Source: a virus
IMG/VR virus record: IMGVR_UViG_3300005673_000003
Location: 1 to 64,000 of that record
Length of the DNA stretch: 64,000 nt
Direction: 5' to 3' (one strand)
Part shown: positions 56,259-64,000 of the stretch, piece by piece
How the letters are laid out: each line of letters opens with the position of its first letter
How positions within the stretch are numbered: the first letter of the stretch is position 1
The notes under the pieces: model-generated
What the model saw: the letters and a program-made list of their open reading frames with translations, nothing else
Told to the model about the DNA's origin: nothing
Databases searched by the model: none
Made by a program: the position numbers and the translations under genes

Positions 56259-59200
56259 TTAGTACAGAGAACCAGAGAGGCTATTTCCGTACTGGCTTAC
56301 CAGAATATCCGGGCCTAAGTTGATGCTCAGTTCTTCGATAATTCCGGTTGGGACGTAGCTGATTGCAATTTGCAATTTACCGTTGATGATGTCCACCAGC
56401 CCGATCGACTGATTAGCGTCAGTGATTACGCCAGTACCCACGCTGGGGCCGCTGATCTCAACGGCTTGTTGAAAGCTTAGATACTGGGTGAAAACCCCTT
56501 TGGCATACTCTTTGCGTGCCCATGCATTGAGTACCATGATGATTTGCTCGACCGTGTAAGGCTGAGCAGGCTTAAACATCTGCTCCAGCAACTCCCGCGC
56601 TTCCAGGAATACCCGAACGTAATTGGTCTGAATCCGCCGAATATGCAGAAAATCGTAGAGAGGAGAAATCGAGGTAGCCCGACCACCCCAGACAACGCAA
56701 TTGCCATACATCATTTTGATTGGCTGAATGCCTGCCAGGTTAAGTACCGCTTCATCCTGGGGTTTCACATCAATCGGCAGCTTAATCACTCGCGCCATCA
56801 ACGCATCGACCCCGGCAAAGGGAACATGGTAGCCTTGCGCGACATTACTGCGTGCTGCTTCTCCACCAGCGATTTCACCGCTCAGGGAAATGAATCTTTC
56901 ACCATTTCCGAGAGGGTTACTGATATAGCCATAACTTGGGAAAGCGATTGATTGGAAATCATTGCGGCCCAAGTATTGATTTACGAATACTTCAGCCGTA
57001 GAAGCGCTGTAGTAGTTAGAGGGCACTTCTGCTCGATACTCGAATGCCCGTTGCTCCGCATAGAAGCTGCCAGCTTTCTGGACAACGGAATCAGATACAC
57101 CAGGGGTCATAGTGCGGACTAATCCGAGGTTTTTACCCCACACGGCATTCTCGATGATATTGGCATCAACATCAAAGTATTTCGTGTAGTAGTAAGGAAT
57201 GATTCCTCCAAGATCCCCATCGTATCCCTTGGAAAGGAATTGCGGGAACTGCACCAGGAATCGCTTGCCAACCTGGGTTGCAACTCTGAGATCATAGCCG
57301 CGAGAGACTTCCAGGTATCCGGTTTTCTTGGTTTTAGTCAACGCTGGCAGGTTTGTAGTAAACGCAGATTCCAGCACCAGCGAGGTATTGCTAACAACTG
57401 AGCGAATCTTACGGGCCTGGTTATTAACTGGGTCATACAGGTAATCGCCAGCTTTGAGCGCTGCTTGGAAGTTGGTGGAAGTTCCAGTTACATTTACGCC
57501 AGTAGAGGAGATGGTACCTTGCAAACCAACTGGAGCCTGGTAGCCAGTCACCCGGAAATAGGAGCGTGCTACCTGATAGGGATTCGGGTAGAGTAAATTA
57601 CCCATCGCTCCCGCATAATCAAAATCCCCGACTGTGTATAGGCGGGTCGCAGTTAATGCCAGGACGATACCAGAACCGTTAGCGGGTCGCACATCTGCGG
57701 ACGAATGGGTGGTGTAGGCAGAAGTCCACAGGTTGGTGGTGGTAATCCACTTCTGGTAGTTCATGCTGCCAGTCCGGTAGGCGATATTTTTGCCGTCCGA
57801 ATTGACGTAGGTATCAACAAATAAGCCTTTAGGATCTGACGGATCTAAACTTACGTCAGGAGCCTGATAAACCAGGGAGCCATTAAAGCGGACGTTGATC
57901 GAGAAGTGAGTCGAAGGGTATTTGGTACCCTGCCCAACGTCGATCGATAGCCCAGCATTGCCAACCTGGGGAAGGCTAACCTTAGCGCTCAGTGATTGCT
58001 TGGTAATTTGAGCGTCAGTGAAGTCATAAGAGAAAGCTTTCTCGATTTCGATCGAGGTCGCATCGGTGATTGTCACCACTCGAACCGCATTCCCTGCTCG
58101 ATTGGGATCTACGATGTAGGAAACGCCAGCCTGCAACTCGGTCGTAAACTGGGTAGTTGTCCCAGTTACAGTCAAATTATCTTGCGAGAGCTGAGCAGCA
58201 GTTAGAGCTTCCGTGAAGCCAGAGGTTAGCTTCATGGAGGTTTCGCTGGTGATGCTGGCGATCGTTCGGCCTTGACGTACTCCACCAATCATGGCGTAGA
58301 CGGTTTGACCGACCGCAAGCTCGGTTTGAAATTTGGAGCCGACCGCACCAGTAACCGTGACGTTATCGCGCTCAATGGTAACGCTAGCAGCATCCAAAGC
58401 GAATGGAGCATCCACGGTCATCGTGGTGTCAGAGGTAACGGAGGTGACTACTCGTGCCTCCCCGTTGTAGTAAACGTTATGACCTACTTCAAACTCGGTC
58501 AGGAAGGTAGTTCCAACCCCGGTGATTACACGATCTCGCAGAGTCGCGGTGCCAGTTGCATCGACGGTTAGCTCAAAGCTAGCAGTACCAGTCAGGTTGC
58601 TGTATCGGGTGTAACTGGCAGTACCTGTCAAGGTGGTGGGGCCAGAGACATTATCAGCAATCAAGCTATACTGAGCGGCCAGCGTAAATACCACTTCACC
58701 AGAAACCGGATCGGCTTCGGTGTTGCCAACGATTTCATAGGTCTTGCCAGTATCATTGCTGAATTCAGCAATGCCTCCGACAAACTCATTAGAGAGCGTT
58801 CCGGGAGCTGAGAGGGTAAAGGTATTGATAGTAGCGAAGATGATCGGGCGATAGCTGATTTCATTCGCTTGACCACCCCAGCGGCCTTCATTTGCTGCCT
58901 CGATTTTCAGGCAGTCTGTACCCAAAGAGTTCTTGAGGATGACGGATGATTTTCTTGCTTTGCCGTCCAGGTCTAAGCGCACTAACCAGAGCTGGCCTGC
59001 TCCTCCGCCTGTTTTGTAATAGCCGTCGATCGCATCAGGTAGGAGCTGGCTACCATCCTGGAATAAGTGCCAGGTTTGGTCGCGAGGATCCCCACAAATA
59101 TCTTGATACTCAGCGTAGTTATTAAATGGAATGGGAAGCCCCATTGGGCCACGCTGTAGCACCCCAAACATCATTGTGGTGCCGTATCGGGGATCCTGCA

Positions 59201-59288
59201 TTGCATTGAATCCGGCACGCTCGACCACCCGTACACCGGGAGCACCCTTCGGCACGCCAAATACTCGGACGTTATCTTGAATTGCCAT
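56259..59288 (-). CDS. Contractile tail sheath protein with inserted repeat domains
   Basis: PGVRVVE...RGPMG N-terminus; LNLAGIQPI...VVWGGRAT...FLHIRR C-terminus; internal VTG..T.F..EL..G repeats. Confidence 0.92.
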   Translation of the reverse strand: MAIQDNVRVFGVPKGAPGVRVVERAGFNAMQDPRYGTTMMFGVLQRGPMGLPIPFNNYAEYQDICGDPRDQTWHLFQDGSQLLPDAIDGYYKTGGGAGQLWLVRLDLDGKARKSSVILKNSLGTDCLKIEAANEGRWGGQANEISYRPIIFATINTFTLSAPGTLSNEFVGGIAEFSNDTGKTYEIVGNTEADPVSGEVVFTLAAQYSLIADNVSGPTTLTGTASYTRYSNLTGTASFELTVDATGTATLRDRVITGVGTTFLTEFEVGHNVYYNGEARVVTSVTSDTTMTVDAPFALDAASVTIERDNVTVTGAVGSKFQTELAVGQTVYAMIGGVRQGRTIASITSETSMKLTSGFTEALTAAQLSQDNLTVTGTTTQFTTELQAGVSYIVDPNRAGNAVRVVTITDATSIEIEKAFSYDFTDAQITKQSLSAKVSLPQVGNAGLSIDVGQGTKYPSTHFSINVRFNGSLVYQAPDVSLDPSDPKGLFVDTYVNSDGKNIAYRTGSMNYQKWITTTNLWTSAYTTHSSADVRPANGSGIVLALTATRLYTVGDFDYAGAMGNLLYPNPYQVARSYFRVTGYQAPVGLQGTISSTGVNVTGTSTNFQAALKAGDYLYDPVNNQARKIRSVVSNTSLVLESAFTTNLPALTKTKKTGYLEVSRGYDLRVATQVGKRFLVQFPQFLSKGYDGDLGGIIPYYYTKYFDVDANIIENAVWGKNLGLVRTMTPGVSDSVVQKAGSFYAEQRAFEYRAEVPSNYYSASTAEVFVNQYLGRNDFQSIAFPSYGYISNPLGNGERFISLSGEIAGGEAARSNVAQGYHVPFAGVDALMARVIKLPIDVKPQDEAVLNLAGIQPIKMMYGNCVVWGGRATSISPLYDFLHIRRIQTNYVRVFLEARELLEQMFKPAQPYTVEQIIMVLNAWARKEYAKGVFTQYLSFQQAVEISGPSVGTGVITDANQSIGLVDIINGKLQIAISYVPTGIIEELSINLGPDILVSQYGNSLSGSLY

Positions 59289-59344
59289 TTCTGCCTTCTT
59301 CCTTGAATTAATTGATTGATTAGCGGCTTAGTAGAGTCAGCGGA

Positions 59345-59869
59345 TTAGCTAGCCTCTGCCAGCATGAGCTTCCCGTTGCCTAAAAAGCCTTGTTCACGAA
59401 TGATCAACACCCGCTCGTAAAGCGTGCGTCTCCCTGAGCCTGGAGCGAATTCCGTAATTTGCAAGCCGTTTTCTGCTTCGACTTTGCTTAATCCTTCATG
59501 ATCCAATTCCAGGAGCGGATCATCCGAATCAATCATGATTGCCCCTTTCACCAGTACTTGAGAGTAGGGCAGGGTAGGCAAGTAAGCTTCGATTACTTGC
59601 TGCTCGTCAAGCGTAAATAGCCCGGGTTGCGTCGTGATCCAGAGGTCTGGCGCATCTGGATCTCCGCGCTCTCCCTGGAAATCCTCTGGAATGGGAACCT
59701 GAAGCGGCTCCCGACCGTACCGTAGAGATAGATATTGCTTCATAAAATCCCCCAAAAACGCCAAAAGGAGCCGCCCATAAATGGGTGACTCCCGGTTAAT
59801 CAATCGATTTTCTGCAATGGCTACCTGGCGGCTCTCAAATAAGCCATATCCGAGCGCTGTAAGTAGCAT
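59345..59869 (-). CDS. Hypothetical protein (probable start MKQYLSL)
   Basis: ORF upstream of the sheath gene; 12-mer at 59798. Confidence 0.55.
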   Translation of the reverse strand: MLLTALGYGLFESRQVAIAENRLINRESPIYGRLLLAFLGDFMKQYLSLRYGREPLQVPIPEDFQGERGDPDAPDLWITTQPGLFTLDEQQVIEAYLPTLPYSQVLVKGAIMIDSDDPLLELDHEGLSKVEAENGLQITEFAPGSGRRTLYERVLIIREQGFLGNGKLMLAEAS

Positions 59870-59932
59870 CTGAATTGTAACTTAATCCAATGATTTTTTG
59901 CCAGAAATACTACAAGCCGCTTGCAGGTATTA

Positions 59933-59957
59933 AAAAAGCCAGGATCTCTCCTGGCTG
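59933..59957 (-). terminator. Intrinsic terminator
   Basis: AGCCAGGA-TCTC-TCCTGGCT stem with a T run on the minus strand. Confidence 0.7.
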
Positions 59958-60275
59958 GTTAATCAATCTGTTTCTCGGTAAGCAATCAAGCAGGCAAATC
60001 AATCAATTCTCTAATGCAACCAGTGTCTAGCTTGGCTTTTTCCGCTTCTAATCGAAGTGCCAGCTAAGCTGCTCCGATGTACCTAAAAAACGGCATTAAA
60101 GAAGAATTTACCAATCGCATGACCATAAAATTAATGTTAACTCAAAGAATCAAGAGCTGCAATCAAGGTTCCCCAGCCCTCTTAAAGGCAGCAATCGCCA
60201 GAATAATTCCAGCGACAAAGCAAAAAGATACTACAGCAAACAGAATCCATCCAAATACGGTTAGCAGGATAGACA

Positions 60276-61364
60276 TTATTTGGTAACTCCTATAAATAAA
60301 GGTTTCATTTGAGCGCTATCCATTCCGATGATATTTTGAGCGATCGCTTCTTGCGGCCTGCCCGGAATGGAAACCAGCGTGAGAGTGAAGGTAGCAGATT
60401 GCAGTTGCCCTGATTCCAAATTATCGCCCAAAGAGCTAGATCGCTCCCAGTCAAGATCCTGGCTGTAGCGAACACCGTAGCGAATACCAAAGGGGGGAGC
60501 ATCAACTGCTCCATACTGATCCACCTTTGAGATGATCGAAGTAGCAATGCTTTCCACATCATCTACCGAATAGCCAACTACAGTTACAGAGAACCGCTGG
60601 TCGAAAGCTCGATTGAAGCTGAGCAGCTTGGATTGACTGGGGGAAATCCGAATAGAATCAACCTCGCTAATCTGATGATGGTTTTCCGTCTCCTGCAATT
60701 GCAGGAGGACACAGGGAATATCCTGCAATTGGTAAAACTCGTTATTACCGATCGAGAGGAAAGGTACTTGGTAGTCAATACCAGCCAGGTATCTCCCGTC
60801 AAATTGAGTTGTATTCCTGCTCAAAACTAAATCAGGATTAATCCCCTCAACTTCATCATCAGGAGCCTCTAGCCAGCGATTTAAGATGATTGGAGGAGTG
60901 CTTAGGAACTGAGCTATCCCAAAATTAAAGAGGTAGCTGAGCGGGTTATTGTAGAGGGAGGAGCACCCAAACTTGATTTCCTTCAGGAGCGGCGAGATAT
61001 TATCCAGCCGTTGCAGCTTTAAGCGAATCTTGAGGGGGAGCTTCCAGGAGGGCAGGCCAGCTCTGATCTGATCTGGAGTATTGTAGGGAGGATTGGCACC
61101 AGTAGGTTGCTGCGCCCAAGCCGAGCCATTCCAGATCCAAGGGGTTCCAGATTGGTCGAGCAGCGCTACAGAAATACCCCTTTCCGAGGGCTGAACCTCA
61201 AATCCAGCATAACTATCGAGCAACTTAGCCTCAAAGGATTGCAGGTCGATCATGCCGGAGTTAGCGCTCCCCCTGAGCCGGATAGTATCGGCATCTCTGA
61301 TTACTCCCTCAAAGCGACTGCATTGCCAGGGCAGGATAGGTAGTGTATGAATCCAGAAGCTCAT
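60276..61364 (-). CDS. Putative tail completion / structural protein
   Basis: Between the neck-like gene and the sheath; C-terminal PCVLLQL...FSVTVVG...ATFTLTL pattern. Confidence 0.5.
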   Translation of the reverse strand: MSFWIHTLPILPWQCSRFEGVIRDADTIRLRGSANSGMIDLQSFEAKLLDSYAGFEVQPSERGISVALLDQSGTPWIWNGSAWAQQPTGANPPYNTPDQIRAGLPSWKLPLKIRLKLQRLDNISPLLKEIKFGCSSLYNNPLSYLFNFGIAQFLSTPPIILNRWLEAPDDEVEGINPDLVLSRNTTQFDGRYLAGIDYQVPFLSIGNNEFYQLQDIPCVLLQLQETENHHQISEVDSIRISPSQSKLLSFNRAFDQRFSVTVVGYSVDDVESIATSIISKVDQYGAVDAPPFGIRYGVRYSQDLDWERSSSLGDNLESGQLQSATFTLTLVSIPGRPQEAIAQNIIGMDSAQMKPLFIGVTK

Positions 61365-61870
61365 AGTTTACCCCTCATGATTTGCTTTAATTTTGCTCGA
61401 CTCCTAGAGCGCACTTGATTCCAGGATTTACGCCAGAAGCGTCTTGCTGGAATGCGAATTACTTTCGTCTTAGGATTCAAGTGGATGCCGCGATAATGCA
61501 GCCACCCGCGCATCTTGTCAGTGACTCGGATAGTTGCGCCCCTGTCTTGCACTTTAGCAATCATGGAGGGCTTCCCGTCAGGAATTCCTACGGTAGAAAT
61601 TGATTGATTTTTGGTGCGATGATGGGTTTTCTGGATATGGTCACGGATGCCTGAACCATCCGGCTCACCCTCATGAGAATAGATTTGATGGGTTGCGGTA
61701 GATAGAAGTGGAGCTGCACCCCTGCCCTGCTTTTCCAGGGTATCTTGCAACGTATCGTACATATCCCTCGCGCTATTCTCTGCCCACCGCTGCCCTGCAA
61801 CCCGCATCCGCTTCATATTCTGGAGCTTAACGAAAAGCATATCGAGTTCTGACTTAACCCTAAAATCCAT
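61361..61870 (-). CDS. Virion morphogenesis / neck protein (Mu gpG / HK97 gp10-like)
   Basis: IAKVQDRGATIRVTDKMR...IRIPARRFWR. Confidence 0.7.
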   Translation of the reverse strand: MDFRVKSELDMLFVKLQNMKRMRVAGQRWAENSARDMYDTLQDTLEKQGRGAAPLLSTATHQIYSHEGEPDGSGIRDHIQKTHHRTKNQSISTVGIPDGKPSMIAKVQDRGATIRVTDKMRGWLHYRGIHLNPKTKVIRIPARRFWRKSWNQVRSRSRAKLKQIMRGKL

Positions 61871-61879
61871 GGCTTGCCT

Positions 61880-62434
61880 CTACTTAATTTTTGAAGTCAT
61901 CCCGATTTGATGGGCATAGGCAACCGCGATCGCGTCTGCCGCATCATCAGGTTGAGGGATTTCTGGCAGTCCATAAGTGACCATCACGGCATACTGGACA
62001 TCCTCCTTCTCAGCTCTACCATTGCCAGTCATGCCCTTCTTTACCTGGGACTGGTGCAGGTAGGCAGGAATTAACCCCTTCTGGCCCAGCGACATTTCGA
62101 CGATTCCCAGCGCTTTTAGAACCTTGGCAGCATTGTAATTATCACGGTCAAAAAACGGATGCTCTATGCAAACCGCATCCGGCTTGAAAGTATCGCAGAG
62201 CGTGTAAATATCATTCTGAATCTGCTCTAATCGCTGCCAGGGTGCGACTTTGCGCTTCTCTTTTTTCTTGCCATTGAGTACCGTTACAGTGGCGGGAACA
62301 GTGGCGGGAGTAGTGATCACGCCATACTCTAGGATTCGATTCCCTTGAATAATGCCAAAACCCATTGTTGCGTAGCCCACATCTAATCCCAGAATAATCC
62401 TATTGTCGCCCATATCCTTAAAGCTGTCCTTCAA
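61880..62434 (-). CDS. ruvC: Holliday junction resolvase RuvC
   Basis: ILGLDVG, VCIEHPFF, VKKGMTGNGRAEKEDV, PDDAADAIAVA. Confidence 0.93.
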   Translation of the reverse strand: MKDSFKDMGDNRIILGLDVGYATMGFGIIQGNRILEYGVITTPATVPATVTVLNGKKKEKRKVAPWQRLEQIQNDIYTLCDTFKPDAVCIEHPFFDRDNYNAAKVLKALGIVEMSLGQKGLIPAYLHQSQVKKGMTGNGRAEKEDVQYAVMVTYGLPEIPQPDDAADAIAVAYAHQIGMTSKIK

Positions 62435-62518
62435 AGCTGTCCTTCGCTTTCTCGAACTGAAAAGGATTGTAGAAGTCTACAATCCCTATACCCCTCTTTT
62501 GAATTAATTGATTGATTT

Positions 62519-63628
62519 TTACTCAGCTTCTATTGGGATGCCTTGAAACTGCTCTCTGGGGTCTACGGCAACCCTAAAATCACTGAGATACAACTCATAC
62601 TTGGTTTCCGCGTGCAGGTTTGCCTTAACCCATAGCTCCAGAAAGCCTCGATTAAGGCTCCCTCTGCGCTCCTGGATAGCATCTTGCACCGCTTCAGGTA
62701 AAACCAGGGTAGGGATAAAGACCAGTGTATCGGGCTTCCAATCCTGGATGATAACGCCAATCGAGTGATCGCTGACGATGCTCACCCGAACTCTCACGTC
62801 GAACATCGTCCGATTTGCATCCAGCTCACTTAAATCCTTAAGGGTCAGCGCTTTCTTAAGCATACTCTCGAAAGCGAGTGACTCGCCGCAGGGAAGCTTT
62901 TTCACGAAGGCATACAGGGAGGATTCTGGATTCTGAAAATCAGGATGAGCCATAGCCGCATACTTTTGCTGGCGATAGCCGTACCAAAAGCGCGAGACTG
63001 TCATAAGAGCTGCTTTCAGCTTGACTACCTCTTCTTGCTGCTCGATTGGAGTGCTAGGGGCGCATGTACCTGCACCAGCAGCGTGATACTGGAAAGCAGC
63101 TCCATGCAATCTTAGGAGGGCAAGGCAAAGCGCGATCGCTGGATTATCCAGATGAAACCCATAGAAGCGTTGATGCTCGCCTGGGTTTTCTGGATCTGGA
63201 TGCTCAAGGATTGCCCAGGTTCCCTGCTTATCTGAATGAATATGCAAAGATAAATCCAATCCGAATAAGTTTTGCCGCTCCCACTCCAGAATCCTCATGC
63301 AGGCATCAAAATTCTGATGCAATTTAGGGATAGGGGAAATTGATTGATTCAGCCAATCTGCGGCCAGGGGAACAGCTACGCTTACTTCTTCTAGAAAACC
63401 GCTGCCAAGCATTCGCTGGATATCATCCGATTGCGGATCTAATAGCCAGCGGCAAACAGGTGCATCTCCAGAGCTGTTCACTCTGGCATACCATCTCCAG
63501 CCAAAGATATCGCGACAAACTAATGCATCTAGCTCTCTGGGGGATTGAATGATTTGAGGTATTTTTTCCATGACTTGAATTTTGCAAAATTGATTGATTA
63601 TTGACTTCAGGGTTTTAGATCGATGCAC
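62519..63628 (-). CDS. Hypothetical protein with an N-terminal phage ABA-sandwich-like domain
   Basis: RELDALVCRDIFGW...PKLHQNFDACMRILE...PAIALCLALL. Confidence 0.5.
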   Translation of the reverse strand: MHRSKTLKSIINQFCKIQVMEKIPQIIQSPRELDALVCRDIFGWRWYARVNSSGDAPVCRWLLDPQSDDIQRMLGSGFLEEVSVAVPLAADWLNQSISPIPKLHQNFDACMRILEWERQNLFGLDLSLHIHSDKQGTWAILEHPDPENPGEHQRFYGFHLDNPAIALCLALLRLHGAAFQYHAAGAGTCAPSTPIEQQEEVVKLKAALMTVSRFWYGYRQQKYAAMAHPDFQNPESSLYAFVKKLPCGESLAFESMLKKALTLKDLSELDANRTMFDVRVRVSIVSDHSIGVIIQDWKPDTLVFIPTLVLPEAVQDAIQERRGSLNRGFLELWVKANLHAETKYELYLSDFRVAVDPREQFQGIPIEAE

Positions 63629-63630
63629 TC

Positions 63631-63927
63631 TTAAGGGGTCAGGATGAAGCTGAGTTCTTTATCTGAGACTGGTTGCCCATACTGAGCCGCAATATCTCGA
63701 AGCTTGATGATTGAGTAAATCATAACCGCTCTATCTACCGGACTCTGACTCCCACTAGCCAGCACTGTAGCCAGAGTAGCCATCCCATTTCGGCAGGCAG
63801 CACCATCAAAATTGAGTCGTTCCATCCGCGCCCCTACTTCCAATAGGAGCGCAGTGTTAGCTAATTCCTGAGAGTAATCGAATTCTTGAGCGGCTTGCAT
63901 AATTCGGATTCCTTTGTTGACAATCAA
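63631..63927 (-). CDS. Hypothetical protein
   Basis: Probable start MQAAQEF after an AAGGA RBS and the 12-mer at 63922. Confidence 0.55.
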   Translation of the reverse strand: MIVNKGIRIMQAAQEFDYSQELANTALLLEVGARMERLNFDGAACRNGMATLATVLASGSQSPVDRAVMIYSIIKLRDIAAQYGQPVSDKELSFILTP

Positions 63928-64000
63928 TTGATTTTAAGGCAGCTATTTAATCAGAGTAGCTGCCAGGTTAATTAGCGGGAAGTGAAGTACCCGACGCTCA

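Larger units (their letters stand above)
674..63933. repeat. Dispersed degenerate palindrome AATYRATYRATT (~65 copies)
   Basis: Copies start e.g. at 674, 1633, 2378, 2975, 3758, 4198, 4684, 6043, 6812, 7513, 8034, 12791, 14083, 16195, 18979, 20687, 24710, 29866, 33467, 36550, 44872, 48625, 51149, 59310, 62506, 63922. Confidence 0.97.
1..64000. mobile_element. Segment of a large cyanobacterial myovirus-like prophage or phage-plasmid
   Basis: Terminase, tape measure, sheath, tube, endolysin and RuvC present; dense small hypothetical ORFs; dozens of HIP1 sites (e.g. 302-309, 851-858); no host core genes or element ends seen. Confidence 0.88.

Noticed and set aside
55701-59288. Extracellular contractile injection system or tailocin rather than a phage
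   Set aside because: Terminase subunits, neck protein, RuvC and early-gene arrays indicate a DNA-packaging phage
674-63933. The 12-mer as CRISPR repeats or classical integron attC sites
   Set aside because: Too short, irregularly spaced, present inside genes, and lacking the R/L box hairpin structure
1-64000. tRNA or rRNA genes
   Set aside because: No cloverleaf or rRNA-like segment recognised by eye; a covariance search would be needed to exclude them fully

Overview
The whole 64-kb window looks like part of a large cyanobacterial myovirus-type element (prophage or phage-plasmid). The HIP1 octamer GCGATCGC is abundant and no host housekeeping genes are visible. Virion genes: large and small terminase, a giant tape measure protein (~4,270 aa), a baseplate-hub/peptidase M15 fusion, tail tube, an expanded tail sheath, a neck-like protein and a GH19 endolysin; RuvC is also present. 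These are scattered among arrays of small early-type genes. The main unexplained structure is a degenerate palindrome AATYRATYRATT (mostly AATCAATCAATT or AATCAATCGATT), about 65 copies by manual count, found just upstream of many start codons and also inside low-complexity linkers of coding regions. A second repeated unit is a bipartite promoter (ATCCGTA-N4-TACGGAT operator, 17-18 nt, then GAGACATAATnnTGATGTAAG). Other notable items: an IsrB/omegaRNA element with readable ends, guide and TAM; a putative antisense-controlled Rep gene split in frame by a 1,758-bp TGACC-flanked cassette carrying dpdA-like TGT and a queE fragment; and a membrane FtsK/HerA-ATPase operon with its own repeats that may be a DNA-transfer/spreading module. 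All family calls come from motif recognition by eye, not database searches.
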